A DNA stretch of 64,000 nt, from positions 11,694-75,693 of IMG/VR virus record IMGVR_UViG_3300025701_000007; one strand, given 5' to 3'. Positions 21,887 through 33,332 of this stretch are shown piece by piece (position 1 is the stretch's first letter; each line of letters begins with the position of its first letter). Source of the stretch: a virus. The notes under the pieces were generated by a model. The model made no database searches. It was not told the DNA's origin and saw nothing but the letters and a program-made list of their open reading frames with translations. Both the position numbers and the translations under genes were made by a program.

Positions 21887-22783
21887 ATGGCAATAGGTGT
21901 ATATGGTGTTAAAAGACCAGCAGACGTAGATCCTTCCGATATAGAAGTGATCGTTTTATATAGCAGAAATAGAAATGCTACCGAAACACAAAAAGTAACG
22001 AAATTAAGTGGTACAGATGTTATGAAACCAGTACTAGACCCTACAAATACAGTAGAGGTTTTAGGTGGTATGTATAACATGGAATTACCCAAATCAGTAT
22101 TTAACGCAAAAGGGTATTATACTGTTTATATACGACCAGCCCAGATAAGGGTAAATATAGAGGACTGTGGTGACTTAGCTACATTCCCAGACATAAAAGG
22201 TTTAGTATTTAACACAGAATCAGTCCCAACGGCCTTTAGAAGCAAATTCACTAATAACGGATTGGATGGTTATAGAGTAGAATATTTAAATGAGAACGGT
22301 AGTAAGATACCTAATTTATATAGAATCATAACCTCATCTTTTATTGTAGAACCAGTACAGGTTAATACAGCTAACAGTTCGGTTAAATCTATAAAGTACA
22401 CTTACAATAATTCAGGTTCGCTCATATTCTCAACAGTAACACCAAATGCAGCACCTAGTTTTAAACCTACGGCAGCACCATTTATAGGATTCAAAGGTCA
22501 AAGTGTTATATTAACCAATACTAATTTTACACCTCAAGTAATGGAAGTAGAGTTAGTTAACTATGATGTAGAGAGTTTAGCCATAGCATTGTATTCAGAC
22601 CAAACAAAATCTGTTGACGACGGTATATACACTCTATACGATTTTGATGGTAATATTTACGCACAACACGATCTATATGAGATTAAAGATTCTGTTGATA
22701 ATAAATTGTATGAAGTTAGGACTAGAAGAAGTACTATAGACACTACTAAAACATTAAATAACATAACAGGAAACAATGGCTAA
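21887..22783 (+). CDS. Putative baseplate structural protein
   Basis: ORF track; beta-rich sequence; operon context. Confidence 0.6.
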   Translation: MAIGVYGVKRPADVDPSDIEVIVLYSRNRNATETQKVTKLSGTDVMKPVLDPTNTVEVLGGMYNMELPKSVFNAKGYYTVYIRPAQIRVNIEDCGDLATFPDIKGLVFNTESVPTAFRSKFTNNGLDGYRVEYLNENGSKIPNLYRIITSSFIVEPVQVNTANSSVKSIKYTYNNSGSLIFSTVTPNAAPSFKPTAAPFIGFKGQSVILTNTNFTPQVMEVELVNYDVESLAIALYSDQTKSVDDGIYTLYDFDGNIYAQHDLYEIKDSVDNKLYEVRTRRSTIDTTKTLNNITGNNG

Positions 22784-25700
22784 TCTAGGTTACACAAATA
22801 CACCGTTAATAGCTCACTTATACGATACTAGTGAAGCTGCCTTGATAGCTGCCTCAGAATTAGGTTGTAACGGTTATAGGACATACAATATAAATGGCCA
22901 GAACAAATATGTTCCCTGCTCATCATTTATGGCTTATGAGAGAGCTATAAAGTTATACAAAATACAAGGGGTTGAGAATCCAGTAAGTGGTGATGGTACA
23001 TTAGGTGATAAAGCAGTTGGTTTACAGTTTGCTAGTACTAAAGACGAGATAGGTGGTAATCCGTATTTTACTTTAGGTAACTTCTCTATAAGTAGCTCTG
23101 TTACTAAGAAAGATGCTAGTGATGGTAGGGTTGTAGATTTAGTTGGTGATGAAAACGGTAAAACAGCCGCAAGTATAAATGAGAATAACCCCTCTAAGAA
23201 CGACCAATCAACCGCTATTGAGCAGGTAAACAAAAAGATTGAAGATAATGTAACCGTAAAGGTACTATTTGATAGAAAAAAATTAGAAAATTACGTTTCA
23301 TATTCACCTTTAAAAGATACTATAAAGAATACCATTATAGAGATAACTCAAAGTTACCCAGCAGCCTTAAGGTTGAACGTTATAGGTTTACAGTCACCAA
23401 CTATATCAGAATACAGTTACTCGGACAAAACAGATACAGCTCAATTAAAATTAAATTTAGCTAACATTTCTAACCCTTTCGAATTAGAATATACTTCTAC
23501 TGGTACCACTATAAATGATCCAGTCAATGTAAACCCTATAAGGAATTTCTCTAAAAATTATAGAGACTATACGATTTATTACAAAGGTATTGAATACCCT
23601 ATTATAAACGCTACTTTACCAGATTCTTATACGGACAATGATACTGGTATATACTTAACAATAGAAGGTGACCCGTTTTCAACTGAAGTTAATACAGATC
23701 TAACGGTTAATAGAACTTTTTGGGTTAAACCCAAATATCAGAAATACGACGAATTTCAAAGCGGTCTATCTGATATGGGTAAATTTTTGTTAGATTATAA
23801 TTACGATAAGAAAGAATATATAAGTACAATAAGGTACTCAAAAGTAGATGATAATGGGGTTGAGTTGAATGTAAATGAAACGCTGATATTCCCTAAGATA
23901 GATGATGTCAATTTAGATTTATTCAGTAACAAGTTTGATCTTTATTTAACTAAATTAAATAATATATCCGATGATTTTGATTCAACAAAGACTAACCTAA
24001 TATCCAGGTTTTTAACCACTGATTCTTTAAAAGAATTTGATACGGAAGATAGAAGGTTAGATATATTGTTAAACCTAATGGGTAAAAATCTGGACAATGT
24101 AAGGAAGTACATTGATGGTATAACATACATGACTAGATTATCTTATGATAAGATAGAAAACATACCAGACCTTCTAACAAAGAACTACGGTAATATGTTA
24201 GGGTTCGAGACCTATAACGTAGAGGACGAAAGTACTATAATGGAGTCTATTTTCAACCTAGAAGACCTAAACGTAGAACCTGGACTAACTCCAGCAGAGA
24301 TAGATATAGAATTATGGAGAAGAATCTTCATAAACTCATATCACTTATGGAAATCAAAAGGGACTAGAAAATCTATAGAATTTATATTGAACTTAGTTGG
24401 TTTACCTGACTCTATATTTGAAGTTAATGAACACGTATACGTAGCTAGAGAAAAACTAAACTTCAATAATAAAGCCAGAGAAATATACGGATATCAATAT
24501 TCAGATGAAAACTTACTTAAGTTATTACCTATGGATATAGACGGGTACCCAACAGTACCCTCCCAAGTACAATACCAAGAAAGTGGTTTTAACTTAAACT
24601 TAGACAACAGAAATCGAGGTCCTTATGATTTCGGTAATGCTTATATAAAGGGTTATGAATATGAAGGTAAAACACCATTATTCAAATTAGATAGGACTAC
24701 AGACAACGTTAAATCATGGGTTTACTCAGAAAACAAAGTGCTACGTCTATCCGAAGACTCTGTTGGTTACACAGAATACTATGAAGATGATTCTAGGTTG
24801 GTTATCAACTCTAAAGAGCTAGAGGTTTACTTATCTTCTGACAAGATATTTGACTTCACTTTATACAGGTTCTTAAACAGAAACAATATTAATGTAAATG
24901 AGGATTTAATATTCCCTCAAGACAAAACCGTTAACGCTAGAGAATTAAGTTTTAATCAGTTCATGCAGAAATGTCTGGATGACTTTATAAATGTTAGTAA
25001 CAGAAAAACCATAAAATCATACCCAACATTAACTAAAATATATTACGACTATATTAAACTAACAGGTACACCAGTAACGAATACCAAATCCTTAGATTTT
25101 TTAAATAAGTTTGACGGGTCCTGGGTTAAATTAGTACAACAATTCACACCAGCAACAACTATACTAAATGCTGGTAAGAAAATAGAGAACAGTAAGTTAT
25201 TTGATAACAAATATGTCTATAAGCACGGACTTAATAATGACTTAGATTGGTTAGGTAATGACGGGTCTGAATTTCAGAACAAAGCGAAAAGACCAGTTAA
25301 CACTGGTTTAACAAACCCATTTGATACATCTGGTTTAACTAAAAACGCTATAGTGGGTGACACCCCAACATTTAATGTAAAAGGCGTTAAAGGCAAAAAC
25401 TATATCGGTTACGACCCATCAATAAACGAATATTTCGGTTTCTATTTAGGGATACAAGACGCTTGCAATACTCAAGTAGAAGTGTATGAGTGGGACGGTA
25501 CTAAAAATTACGGTGACGATTCGATATATGGAGGTAATATAAATGTATCTGGTGACACTAAAGGTATATTCGTCAAACATGATGGTTCTTTATTTAGGTT
25601 AAATACTAACAGAATGTTCACAGGTATACTACCTACTATAAACACTAAAGTAGTTCATACCGAAAATTACATACATCTAGATAATACTAATCCGATAGAA

Positions 25701-28700
25701 GTAATAACATTACCTAACGGACCAGGTGAATATATAGTAGAATTTACTTACAATAATCTGGATACCCTAAAAATATATGATGGTCAGACTTTCGGGGTAC
25801 CAAACCTATTATTAGATACAGTAACCCAGGACTCTGGTATTGAAAAAGGAGGGGTGTTTAAATACTATAAGTATCTAAACTTCACTACAAGTGAACTTGT
25901 TATAAGTAGAGAGAGTAACCTTAACTTAAGTACGGAAATTACTAGACTTAACGTTGAATTAAAACATGGAACACCAGTAAACTTCACGGTAAATGGTGAG
26001 TTAGTTTATCAGTTAATAACCTACGGTGTAGATGCTAACGAAGTTTTATTTTACGATTCACCAATCACTATTAACAATGATGAAAGAAATTATTATATCG
26101 AAGGTATAAGTGTGGGTCACTCAACCATAGCGACTGAATCTAATTACATATGCCCAGTACCAGAACCTCACGTTTGTTACTTTGATTATTCAGGTAATAC
26201 GATAAACATGAGTGCTCTTGGTTACACAACAACAAATTACGCAACTTATTTAGATGAAACGGATAAAGAGTTATCAGTAAGACAACCTATGAACTACGGT
26301 TACTCAAAAGATACATCTACAACAGAACCAGAAGATGCTATAAGCGGTTCTTCTGGTGATTGGGTTATACCATTCAGAAAAGATAACAACTGGTTATCTG
26401 GAGAGATATACTACAAGAATGATATAGTTAAATTCAGTGGTACTTATTATGAGGTTGAAGACCCAGTAGTGACAGGAACAACCACTACTCCAACAGGAAC
26501 AACAACCACCACTATAGTACCAGGTATGTATGAGACATTTATGAACAGAAGTAAGACTGATCCATATATGCACATAAAACCAGCTCTAATAGGTAAAAAG
26601 AATATAGACGCATTAAATGATATAGTTTCATTCAATCTAACAAAAGACCTATATCTTTATCAAGTATTTAGCGGGTCAACTAATAATGAAACGTATAAGG
26701 TTGTTGATAACATATTAAACGATGAGTTATATATAAGTGATTCCAGTACCATAGAATTCGATGGTTTTTATTCGATAGATGATACTAAAGTAGGTCCTTT
26801 CTATTTGGCTAATGATGAAGAGATAACAACTCAGACATTAGAAGAAGAAATATCTCTAACACCTGATAAAATTAACTTCATTAACATAAAGTCGCTCAAC
26901 ACTAATTTCGACTCAGATAACGATAAAATTGGTTTAGCCGAAGGGTTCTATTTGGTAAAAAGAAACTCTTACCTTAAGTTTGATTCTTATTTATATTTCG
27001 AGTCAGACCAAACAACTACACAAAATATAGTCATAAGACTACAAGATCAATTTGATAACCTAATACATGAACAAGTATTCTCGTTCAACGGTTCAGACGA
27101 AGCTCAAGACAGAGTAGTAAACGTTAGTCACGAATCCCTATTCAGTGTGGATACTAAGATATATTTAACGATAGAACCAGAATTGGTAGGTTGTAAACTG
27201 TCTAGATACGAAAAGATAGAGATAGATTACAATGAACCAACTACTTATAGCGCGATTAACGACCCTAGGTTTAGAGTAACATTTAACGGAGGTAGAACCC
27301 TAATAGAAGGTCATTATGTTGACGATGTTTTATCTATAGAACCTGTAGGTGACGATAATAATTATGATGTTGATCATTATATGTTTAAAATTGATGACAT
27401 ATCTAACAAACATAATTTCAAAACAAAACTTAAAACCACATTTAACTACGATGAGACGAATGATTTCGGGTTAATATTTGGTAAGTTTTTTAATAAATAT
27501 AAATCAACTAGCGATATAGGTGATGTAACTGTTTATGAAAAGAACCTAAACAACGATAAATTTAATTTTGAGGTTAAGGTTAGGAGTAAGAATATAGGTA
27601 CTTTTTCTGGACCCAAGTATTCTTCACCAGGTATAGACTTCGAAGATACTGTTATCTCAAACAATAATTACTTAGGTAACACACCGCAAGAAATAGAAAA
27701 TACAGGTCTATCTAAAAGTATTATTTTTGGTAAAACACCTAAACCTAAAACAATTAAACTTAAAAAGACGAACTCACAGTTCTTAAGCTCCTACCTTAAC
27801 GGTAATGTTTTAAGTGCAACCCCATCGACTATAGATTTTATAGGTAAAGATGAAGGTTTTGCTGATTATGATTTAATAGACTTCTCAGACAACCTAAAAT
27901 CTAGTTTCTTATCTAAAGCTAGGTATGAAAATGCGACTGGATACTGGAAAAAAGAAAACCGAATATATGCAACTGAGTTATACCAAGACATATTAAGTGT
28001 TGTACCAGAATTCTCACCAAATATAAATAATTATGAGATAAATGATATAGTTAAAGTAATCCTACCTAACACAGACGTAGTTGTTGAGCTTGAGGATACT
28101 ACTATAGAAAATAGAAACGTAGAAAGGTTATATGTCTGTATAGAAGATATAACGTTTTCTCACTTAACAAAAGAGTATAGTGTTTCAAGTACAACTCCAC
28201 TAACAATACACCCATTCTACAGACCAAATGGACCAAGAGCTTCGTTTATACCTATAGAGAAATATGATACTAAACATTTTACACCTATCGGTTACGATAA
28301 ATACGAAAGAAAAGGTATAATCAAAACTAACCAAAAATCCTATACATATGAAAACCCTAAGCTACTAACTGGCTCAATTACGGATACTTTAGATTTAGGT
28401 GATGTGGTTAAAGTTGTTGGTACTGGTAGTACGTATAACCTGTATAAGTATGTATATAATAAACCTTTGATTTACGAATCAGGTAAATCATATAAAGTAG
28501 GTAGTTACGTGTACCATCAAACTTCTGGTACAACTAACGGCGCTAAGTTCTGGTTAAAAGTGTCCGAACCTGATCACGAACCAGGTGCTACATCAACAAC
28601 ACCATCCTGGGTTGAATTAAGTAATGATTATATAGACCACAAAGTTACTTTTACTAACCAAGTATTCAATCAATACAATTATGATAGGATAGAAACCAGC

Positions 28701-30200
28701 TCATTTACTGGTACTTCCTCTATTCCAGATTCTAATTGGAGTACATTAAACATATCAGGCGGATCTAGTCTAAGAATACCTAATTTAATACCAACGAGCC
28801 AGACTTTTTTACTAGGTTACCCAATGACTAACCCTAGAGGTAAAAATACCTTATTTTCGGATATGGTACCTAATAACATTAATGATGATGACTCGATTCT
28901 AGATGTGGTGGACAATGTCGGGGACTTAATGTTTGCGACCATGTCAGTTTCTAGTATATATTCTGGTACTACGAAATCGGTATACAGTGGGTACACAAAA
29001 AACACTAATTTAATACAAAACGATTATACGGACCTAACATCAAATACCTTAACATACGTAACTTTAAGTGAGGAGAGGTCTGACCGTAATATATCACCAT
29101 TATTCGAGTTCTTATGTAACGAAATAGAAGATAATAGTATATACGAGCATGACGCAACAGGTACAACTTATAACCCTACCTCGCAATATAATAGAGATAA
29201 ATACGCTGTGGATAGAGGGTTGTTGTACAAAACAAAAAGTACTGGTGTACTAGCCAATAACCCTCATAGTGATACAACCAACTGGGAAGAGAGAGATTTT
29301 ATGGTTGTTAAAAAATACACACTATATAAAGATAGGACTAGTATTAAGATTTACGATGGTAACATCTCATCTCTAGATGAGGTGACTAAAAATAACTTAT
29401 ACTTTTTTGACTCTAATTTAATATTAAAAGACGATTTTAAATCAGATTCTTTTAACGGGTCCACGCATGATACTAAATTAATTAATGGTTTAAATAAATT
29501 AGATGAAGCTAAAGACACAAACATAAGAGACTCTTTTGCTTATGGTTTAACTGGTTTCAGAAAATCGGGTGGTGATTTAATAATGGATTATTATTACGAA
29601 AGAGATGATAATGATTTACCTAAAACTGGTGAATTCTTAGGTGGTCTTACGATAAAAAACCCTTGTGGGCATAATGCAAAAGTTATATTCGGTACGTTAT
29701 TCCAGTTTGATGAAAATCAGGTTGATGATATATTTAATAGATTACAAAGCGCTTTACCGACACCAAAAATATTATCGGCAGATGAAGGTAAGTCAGTAAG
29801 GTTACTAATAAACCAGAACGGTGCCTCAAACGTGACGCTTAACATAACCGATAATAACGGTACAACAACGACTAAAAACCTACAAAGTAATAGTAGTGTT
29901 GATGATGTTGTGGTAGTTGAAGTTAATGGTGAACTTAATATATCCGTTCAATACGACACATTCAAAAACTCAACCAGATACAAAGAAGGTTTCTTAGATG
30001 AGTATGTATTATTTAACGACATAGACGAGGGTATAGAAAATACTTTCGTTAAAGCCAATAAAACCTCAATAGGTAATATAGAAACCAGAGTTATAACGGT
30101 AAGAGATATACAAGAGGATAGAGTAGTTAGACTAGACTTTGAAGGTGCTAACTTTATAGAGTTAGGAACTGTAGACCCTAAAGACTACATAGTATTATAA
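22776..30200 (+). CDS. Giant (2474 aa) baseplate protein with a P2 gpI/T4 gp7-like core and CBM5/12-like repeats
   Basis: NIPDLL...ELWRRIFINSYHLWKSKGTRKSIEFIL is tail protein I-like; W/Y-x5-Y-x2-D/G-x-V repeats; N-terminal DUF3721-like C...PC motif. Confidence 0.7.
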   Translation: MANLGYTNTPLIAHLYDTSEAALIAASELGCNGYRTYNINGQNKYVPCSSFMAYERAIKLYKIQGVENPVSGDGTLGDKAVGLQFASTKDEIGGNPYFTLGNFSISSSVTKKDASDGRVVDLVGDENGKTAASINENNPSKNDQSTAIEQVNKKIEDNVTVKVLFDRKKLENYVSYSPLKDTIKNTIIEITQSYPAALRLNVIGLQSPTISEYSYSDKTDTAQLKLNLANISNPFELEYTSTGTTINDPVNVNPIRNFSKNYRDYTIYYKGIEYPIINATLPDSYTDNDTGIYLTIEGDPFSTEVNTDLTVNRTFWVKPKYQKYDEFQSGLSDMGKFLLDYNYDKKEYISTIRYSKVDDNGVELNVNETLIFPKIDDVNLDLFSNKFDLYLTKLNNISDDFDSTKTNLISRFLTTDSLKEFDTEDRRLDILLNLMGKNLDNVRKYIDGITYMTRLSYDKIENIPDLLTKNYGNMLGFETYNVEDESTIMESIFNLEDLNVEPGLTPAEIDIELWRRIFINSYHLWKSKGTRKSIEFILNLVGLPDSIFEVNEHVYVAREKLNFNNKAREIYGYQYSDENLLKLLPMDIDGYPTVPSQVQYQESGFNLNLDNRNRGPYDFGNAYIKGYEYEGKTPLFKLDRTTDNVKSWVYSENKVLRLSEDSVGYTEYYEDDSRLVINSKELEVYLSSDKIFDFTLYRFLNRNNINVNEDLIFPQDKTVNARELSFNQFMQKCLDDFINVSNRKTIKSYPTLTKIYYDYIKLTGTPVTNTKSLDFLNKFDGSWVKLVQQFTPATTILNAGKKIENSKLFDNKYVYKHGLNNDLDWLGNDGSEFQNKAKRPVNTGLTNPFDTSGLTKNAIVGDTPTFNVKGVKGKNYIGYDPSINEYFGFYLGIQDACNTQVEVYEWDGTKNYGDDSIYGGNINVSGDTKGIFVKHDGSLFRLNTNRMFTGILPTINTKVVHTENYIHLDNTNPIEVITLPNGPGEYIVEFTYNNLDTLKIYDGQTFGVPNLLLDTVTQDSGIEKGGVFKYYKYLNFTTSELVISRESNLNLSTEITRLNVELKHGTPVNFTVNGELVYQLITYGVDANEVLFYDSPITINNDERNYYIEGISVGHSTIATESNYICPVPEPHVCYFDYSGNTINMSALGYTTTNYATYLDETDKELSVRQPMNYGYSKDTSTTEPEDAISGSSGDWVIPFRKDNNWLSGEIYYKNDIVKFSGTYYEVEDPVVTGTTTTPTGTTTTTIVPGMYETFMNRSKTDPYMHIKPALIGKKNIDALNDIVSFNLTKDLYLYQVFSGSTNNETYKVVDNILNDELYISDSSTIEFDGFYSIDDTKVGPFYLANDEEITTQTLEEEISLTPDKINFINIKSLNTNFDSDNDKIGLAEGFYLVKRNSYLKFDSYLYFESDQTTTQNIVIRLQDQFDNLIHEQVFSFNGSDEAQDRVVNVSHESLFSVDTKIYLTIEPELVGCKLSRYEKIEIDYNEPTTYSAINDPRFRVTFNGGRTLIEGHYVDDVLSIEPVGDDNNYDVDHYMFKIDDISNKHNFKTKLKTTFNYDETNDFGLIFGKFFNKYKSTSDIGDVTVYEKNLNNDKFNFEVKVRSKNIGTFSGPKYSSPGIDFEDTVISNNNYLGNTPQEIENTGLSKSIIFGKTPKPKTIKLKKTNSQFLSSYLNGNVLSATPSTIDFIGKDEGFADYDLIDFSDNLKSSFLSKARYENATGYWKKENRIYATELYQDILSVVPEFSPNINNYEINDIVKVILPNTDVVVELEDTTIENRNVERLYVCIEDITFSHLTKEYSVSSTTPLTIHPFYRPNGPRASFIPIEKYDTKHFTPIGYDKYERKGIIKTNQKSYTYENPKLLTGSITDTLDLGDVVKVVGTGSTYNLYKYVYNKPLIYESGKSYKVGSYVYHQTSGTTNGAKFWLKVSEPDHEPGATSTTPSWVELSNDYIDHKVTFTNQVFNQYNYDRIETSSFTGTSSIPDSNWSTLNISGGSSLRIPNLIPTSQTFLLGYPMTNPRGKNTLFSDMVPNNINDDDSILDVVDNVGDLMFATMSVSSIYSGTTKSVYSGYTKNTNLIQNDYTDLTSNTLTYVTLSEERSDRNISPLFEFLCNEIEDNSIYEHDATGTTYNPTSQYNRDKYAVDRGLLYKTKSTGVLANNPHSDTTNWEERDFMVVKKYTLYKDRTSIKIYDGNISSLDEVTKNNLYFFDSNLILKDDFKSDSFNGSTHDTKLINGLNKLDEAKDTNIRDSFAYGLTGFRKSGGDLIMDYYYERDDNDLPKTGEFLGGLTIKNPCGHNAKVIFGTLFQFDENQVDDIFNRLQSALPTPKILSADEGKSVRLLINQNGASNVTLNITDNNGTTTTKNLQSNSSVDDVVVVEVNGELNISVQYDTFKNSTRYKEGFLDEYVLFNDIDEGIENTFVKANKTSIGNIETRVITVRDIQEDRVVRLDFEGANFIELGTVDPKDYIVL

Positions 30201-30209
30201 AAATTAATG

Positions 30210-30217
30210 TATTTATA
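30210..30217 (+). promoter_or_regulatory. Putative late promoter motif TATTTATA
   Basis: In the 31-nt gap before ATG 30232. Confidence 0.65.
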
Positions 30218-30231
30218 TAAAATAGAAAAAA

Positions 30232-32952
30232 ATGAGCTATATAATTAAAAAGAATGATCCCTTAGTGAACGTTAAATTAACAAACCAGGGTAGAAGAAAT
30301 TTGGCTGCTGGTAATCTAACATTTACTAACTTCATTTTAGGTGATAGCGAGATGGACTACTCTAGCGACAACAAGCAAGACGTTAATATACTTAGACCTT
30401 CAGACAATCAACTAGGTTTAAACTACCCTATAGGTGTTAATAGTGACACCGACTACGTTAAACCCATAACTGTAATAAACTCAATACCAAATGAAGTTTA
30501 TTCGACAGCAAAAGAAAGAGGGTTTTTTAATTACTCTGGTACTACAGAACCTTCAGACGTACTATGTAGCTTACATAACATAACCGCATCAACTAGTGGG
30601 GATGATAAAAAAGTGACTTTTAGTTTTACAACTGGGTCGACTAAAAATGAAGAGTATATAGACTTAAAACCAGGAGATTTTGTTTTCATTAAATATGAAA
30701 ACGAGTCATACGTAAGTGGTAGTACTTATAGTCAATCCAAAGAGATTACAACAGCGGCCACACAGTATTTATGGTATACGATAGATGATATATTAACAGC
30801 TGACTCTGGCGTTAACCAAAGCATAACTGGTATAACCTCAGGATCCAATATAACCCTAAACTTAGATAGAAAATTACCTAAAGGGTCCGCTAACCTAACT
30901 GCGTTTATATATCCTGGTAAAAACACTATAAAGGATTATTATGACGAAGATACACCAGTAGCTTACTGGCAGGGTGGGTTATTAGATTTTTCTAATAACA
31001 ATACGCAATCAGATTTAGATGTCCCTGTATGGAATATGAATATAGTTCACGTTGAAGATGTAATAGGTTTAGATTCTATAGATGATAAATCAAAATACGA
31101 TACAGTATCTAACAATTACTTAGGTGCTGCTATAAACTTCAACCATTACGAATCATCGTCTAAAATAGGTTTAATACATTATACAAACAATACAGTATCA
31201 AACTTTTACGGGGAAGGTTTCAAACAATCGACGATGAAGCTAAAGATACCTTACATAATGTGGCACAAGAAACAATATAGTGGCACTACATTTAATGAGA
31301 TAGGTTACACTTTTGTTACTGATACTGAATTAAAAACGATGACATCTGGGGATCAAACTAATAGTACATTCAGTTATTATGACTTAATAGATCAGGAGAG
31401 TGATAAAAATGTAGTTGGTAAGGTATTGATAGATGAAAAAGTTATTATAATAGAAGACCCTGAATTACTTTCAGTTTTATCTTATAAAGCTAATAGGAAT
31501 TGGACTCTACCTAAGCCTTTGTTGACTCTAACTGAGCCAGGTATATGTGGTAACACTAGTACATTAGGTGTTCTACAACCAGGTGAATACTTCTATGCGA
31601 GTTACATGATGACAGACACTAACGGTATAACTGGTATGCACTGTGAGGATTATACTACTATAGTTAATAACACAGACACCCCAAAAGACGTTAGTTTTGA
31701 GTTTAATAAGAAGAAATCAGACCCTAACTATAACGAGTTTTCGTACTTAACGGATTATGACGATACAACTGGGTTAGGTTTCAAAGTAAATCAGATAACA
31801 CTACTTTGGCAAAAATCAGAGACTGCTATAAAACCAGATTCTGGTAACTGGGCTTACACCGATATAAGTAATTACTTAGGTACAAATGGTTGTGTTACAG
31901 GTGTAATGAATGTAGATGGTACTAATTTTGAATTACACGCCGATATATTAGATTACACCACTAGTTTATTAACCACTCATAGTGTTATAGATACTAGTTT
32001 ATTTGATGTATTCGAATTAGGTGAAGAGCCTATAGGTGAGATTATAGTTATATATCAGGGTGGAATACAAAAAGAAGCATCTGACGATACGTTATCAGAC
32101 GGTGATTATTATAGATATAGTAAAGGTTATGCTACGGGACCAAATAATAAAGAGGTTATCGTATTTAATAAAGGTTATGGGTCAACTAACGATTTATTAC
32201 AATTTTATTACTTGATAGGTAAAAGTAATACCGCTAAGACCATAAAAACTGTTATATCGGTACCTGATTTAGCTACTATAAATTCTAATACTAATTTAGA
32301 CCCTATATACAGATCAACAATAAGCCCTAATAGAATATCGCTTAAGTTAGATAAACAACCCAACAACTCAACGGTATGGTTATTCTACAAAGGTATGTTA
32401 TTATCATCTAATACTTACGGAGTGTTTGTAACTAACGAAGGTATAGATGACAGAAGGGTTGAATTAAATTTCACACCAACAGACGGTAGTGAGATAACAA
32501 TGTTTTATTTAGACAACTCTGGGCTAGGTCAAACTGTTACGACTAATTTATTAACAAAAGAAACCATATCCGCATTAAGAGTTAATATAGATAAAAATAT
32601 ACTTGACAATAGTGAGTTAGATATCTATACTTTATCTGACCACATAGAAATACCAACGGTAAACGAACCCACCAAACATACATTTGGTGACGAAGTATTC
32701 TTTTATGGTAATATTGAAACCGATATTAAAGCTACGATATACAAAACACAGTTAACCTGTAATGTATTACCGAACCAGTTTACAGTTACTAAGAATCCAA
32801 CGTTCAATTCTGACCAGGACAAAGTAGCTTTCACTGAGATAGCTATAACGGGTGAAGATAATTCGGTGGTAGCTATTGGTAAATTTTCAGAACCAATAAC
32901 TAGAAAATATAATTCTGATATGTTAGTACTACAAGTAACAATAGATTTCTAA
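30232..32952 (+). CDS. Tail-collar/baseplate protein (DUF3751-like halves at both termini)
   Basis: N-terminal VKLTNQGRRNLA..F.LGD and C-terminal FTEIAI...VAIGK..PI. Confidence 0.6.
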   Translation: MSYIIKKNDPLVNVKLTNQGRRNLAAGNLTFTNFILGDSEMDYSSDNKQDVNILRPSDNQLGLNYPIGVNSDTDYVKPITVINSIPNEVYSTAKERGFFNYSGTTEPSDVLCSLHNITASTSGDDKKVTFSFTTGSTKNEEYIDLKPGDFVFIKYENESYVSGSTYSQSKEITTAATQYLWYTIDDILTADSGVNQSITGITSGSNITLNLDRKLPKGSANLTAFIYPGKNTIKDYYDEDTPVAYWQGGLLDFSNNNTQSDLDVPVWNMNIVHVEDVIGLDSIDDKSKYDTVSNNYLGAAINFNHYESSSKIGLIHYTNNTVSNFYGEGFKQSTMKLKIPYIMWHKKQYSGTTFNEIGYTFVTDTELKTMTSGDQTNSTFSYYDLIDQESDKNVVGKVLIDEKVIIIEDPELLSVLSYKANRNWTLPKPLLTLTEPGICGNTSTLGVLQPGEYFYASYMMTDTNGITGMHCEDYTTIVNNTDTPKDVSFEFNKKKSDPNYNEFSYLTDYDDTTGLGFKVNQITLLWQKSETAIKPDSGNWAYTDISNYLGTNGCVTGVMNVDGTNFELHADILDYTTSLLTTHSVIDTSLFDVFELGEEPIGEIIVIYQGGIQKEASDDTLSDGDYYRYSKGYATGPNNKEVIVFNKGYGSTNDLLQFYYLIGKSNTAKTIKTVISVPDLATINSNTNLDPIYRSTISPNRISLKLDKQPNNSTVWLFYKGMLLSSNTYGVFVTNEGIDDRRVELNFTPTDGSEITMFYLDNSGLGQTVTTNLLTKETISALRVNIDKNILDNSELDIYTLSDHIEIPTVNEPTKHTFGDEVFFYGNIETDIKATIYKTQLTCNVLPNQFTVTKNPTFNSDQDKVAFTEIAITGEDNSVVAIGKFSEPITRKYNSDMLVLQVTIDF

Positions 32953-33332
32953 TGGGATTTTTTAAAAGAAATAAATATAGTTTTGAGATATATCTAACTG
33001 ACAAGGGTAGAGAAACATTCGTCAATAACGGATTAAGGAATGAAATTAAATTCTTTTCTCTAATAGACAACTCTAATTACCAACAATTAGAAGACTTCGA
33101 CCCAACAGTAATAACCGAACAAACAATACCTACGGTAAAATACGTGGGTAGTGTAGAGGTTAACGATAGTGACGATGTGTATACCCAAAACTCTAACAGA
33201 GGGTCTGTTGATAACAACATAGTTTTTAAAAACGGCTTTTTAGGGGTACGACAATCTGCCGAAAATAATTATATCGCTTACGACCCAGATTTACAGGTTG
33301 ACGATTTAAAAATAACAACATTTAAAGAGTAA
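32952..33332 (+). CDS. Small structural protein with an LTxxGR N-terminal motif
   Basis: IYLTDKGRETF...FFSLIDNSNY, resembling the N-termini of 30232 and 35093. Confidence 0.55.
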   Translation: MGFFKRNKYSFEIYLTDKGRETFVNNGLRNEIKFFSLIDNSNYQQLEDFDPTVITEQTIPTVKYVGSVEVNDSDDVYTQNSNRGSVDNNIVFKNGFLGVRQSAENNYIAYDPDLQVDDLKITTFKE

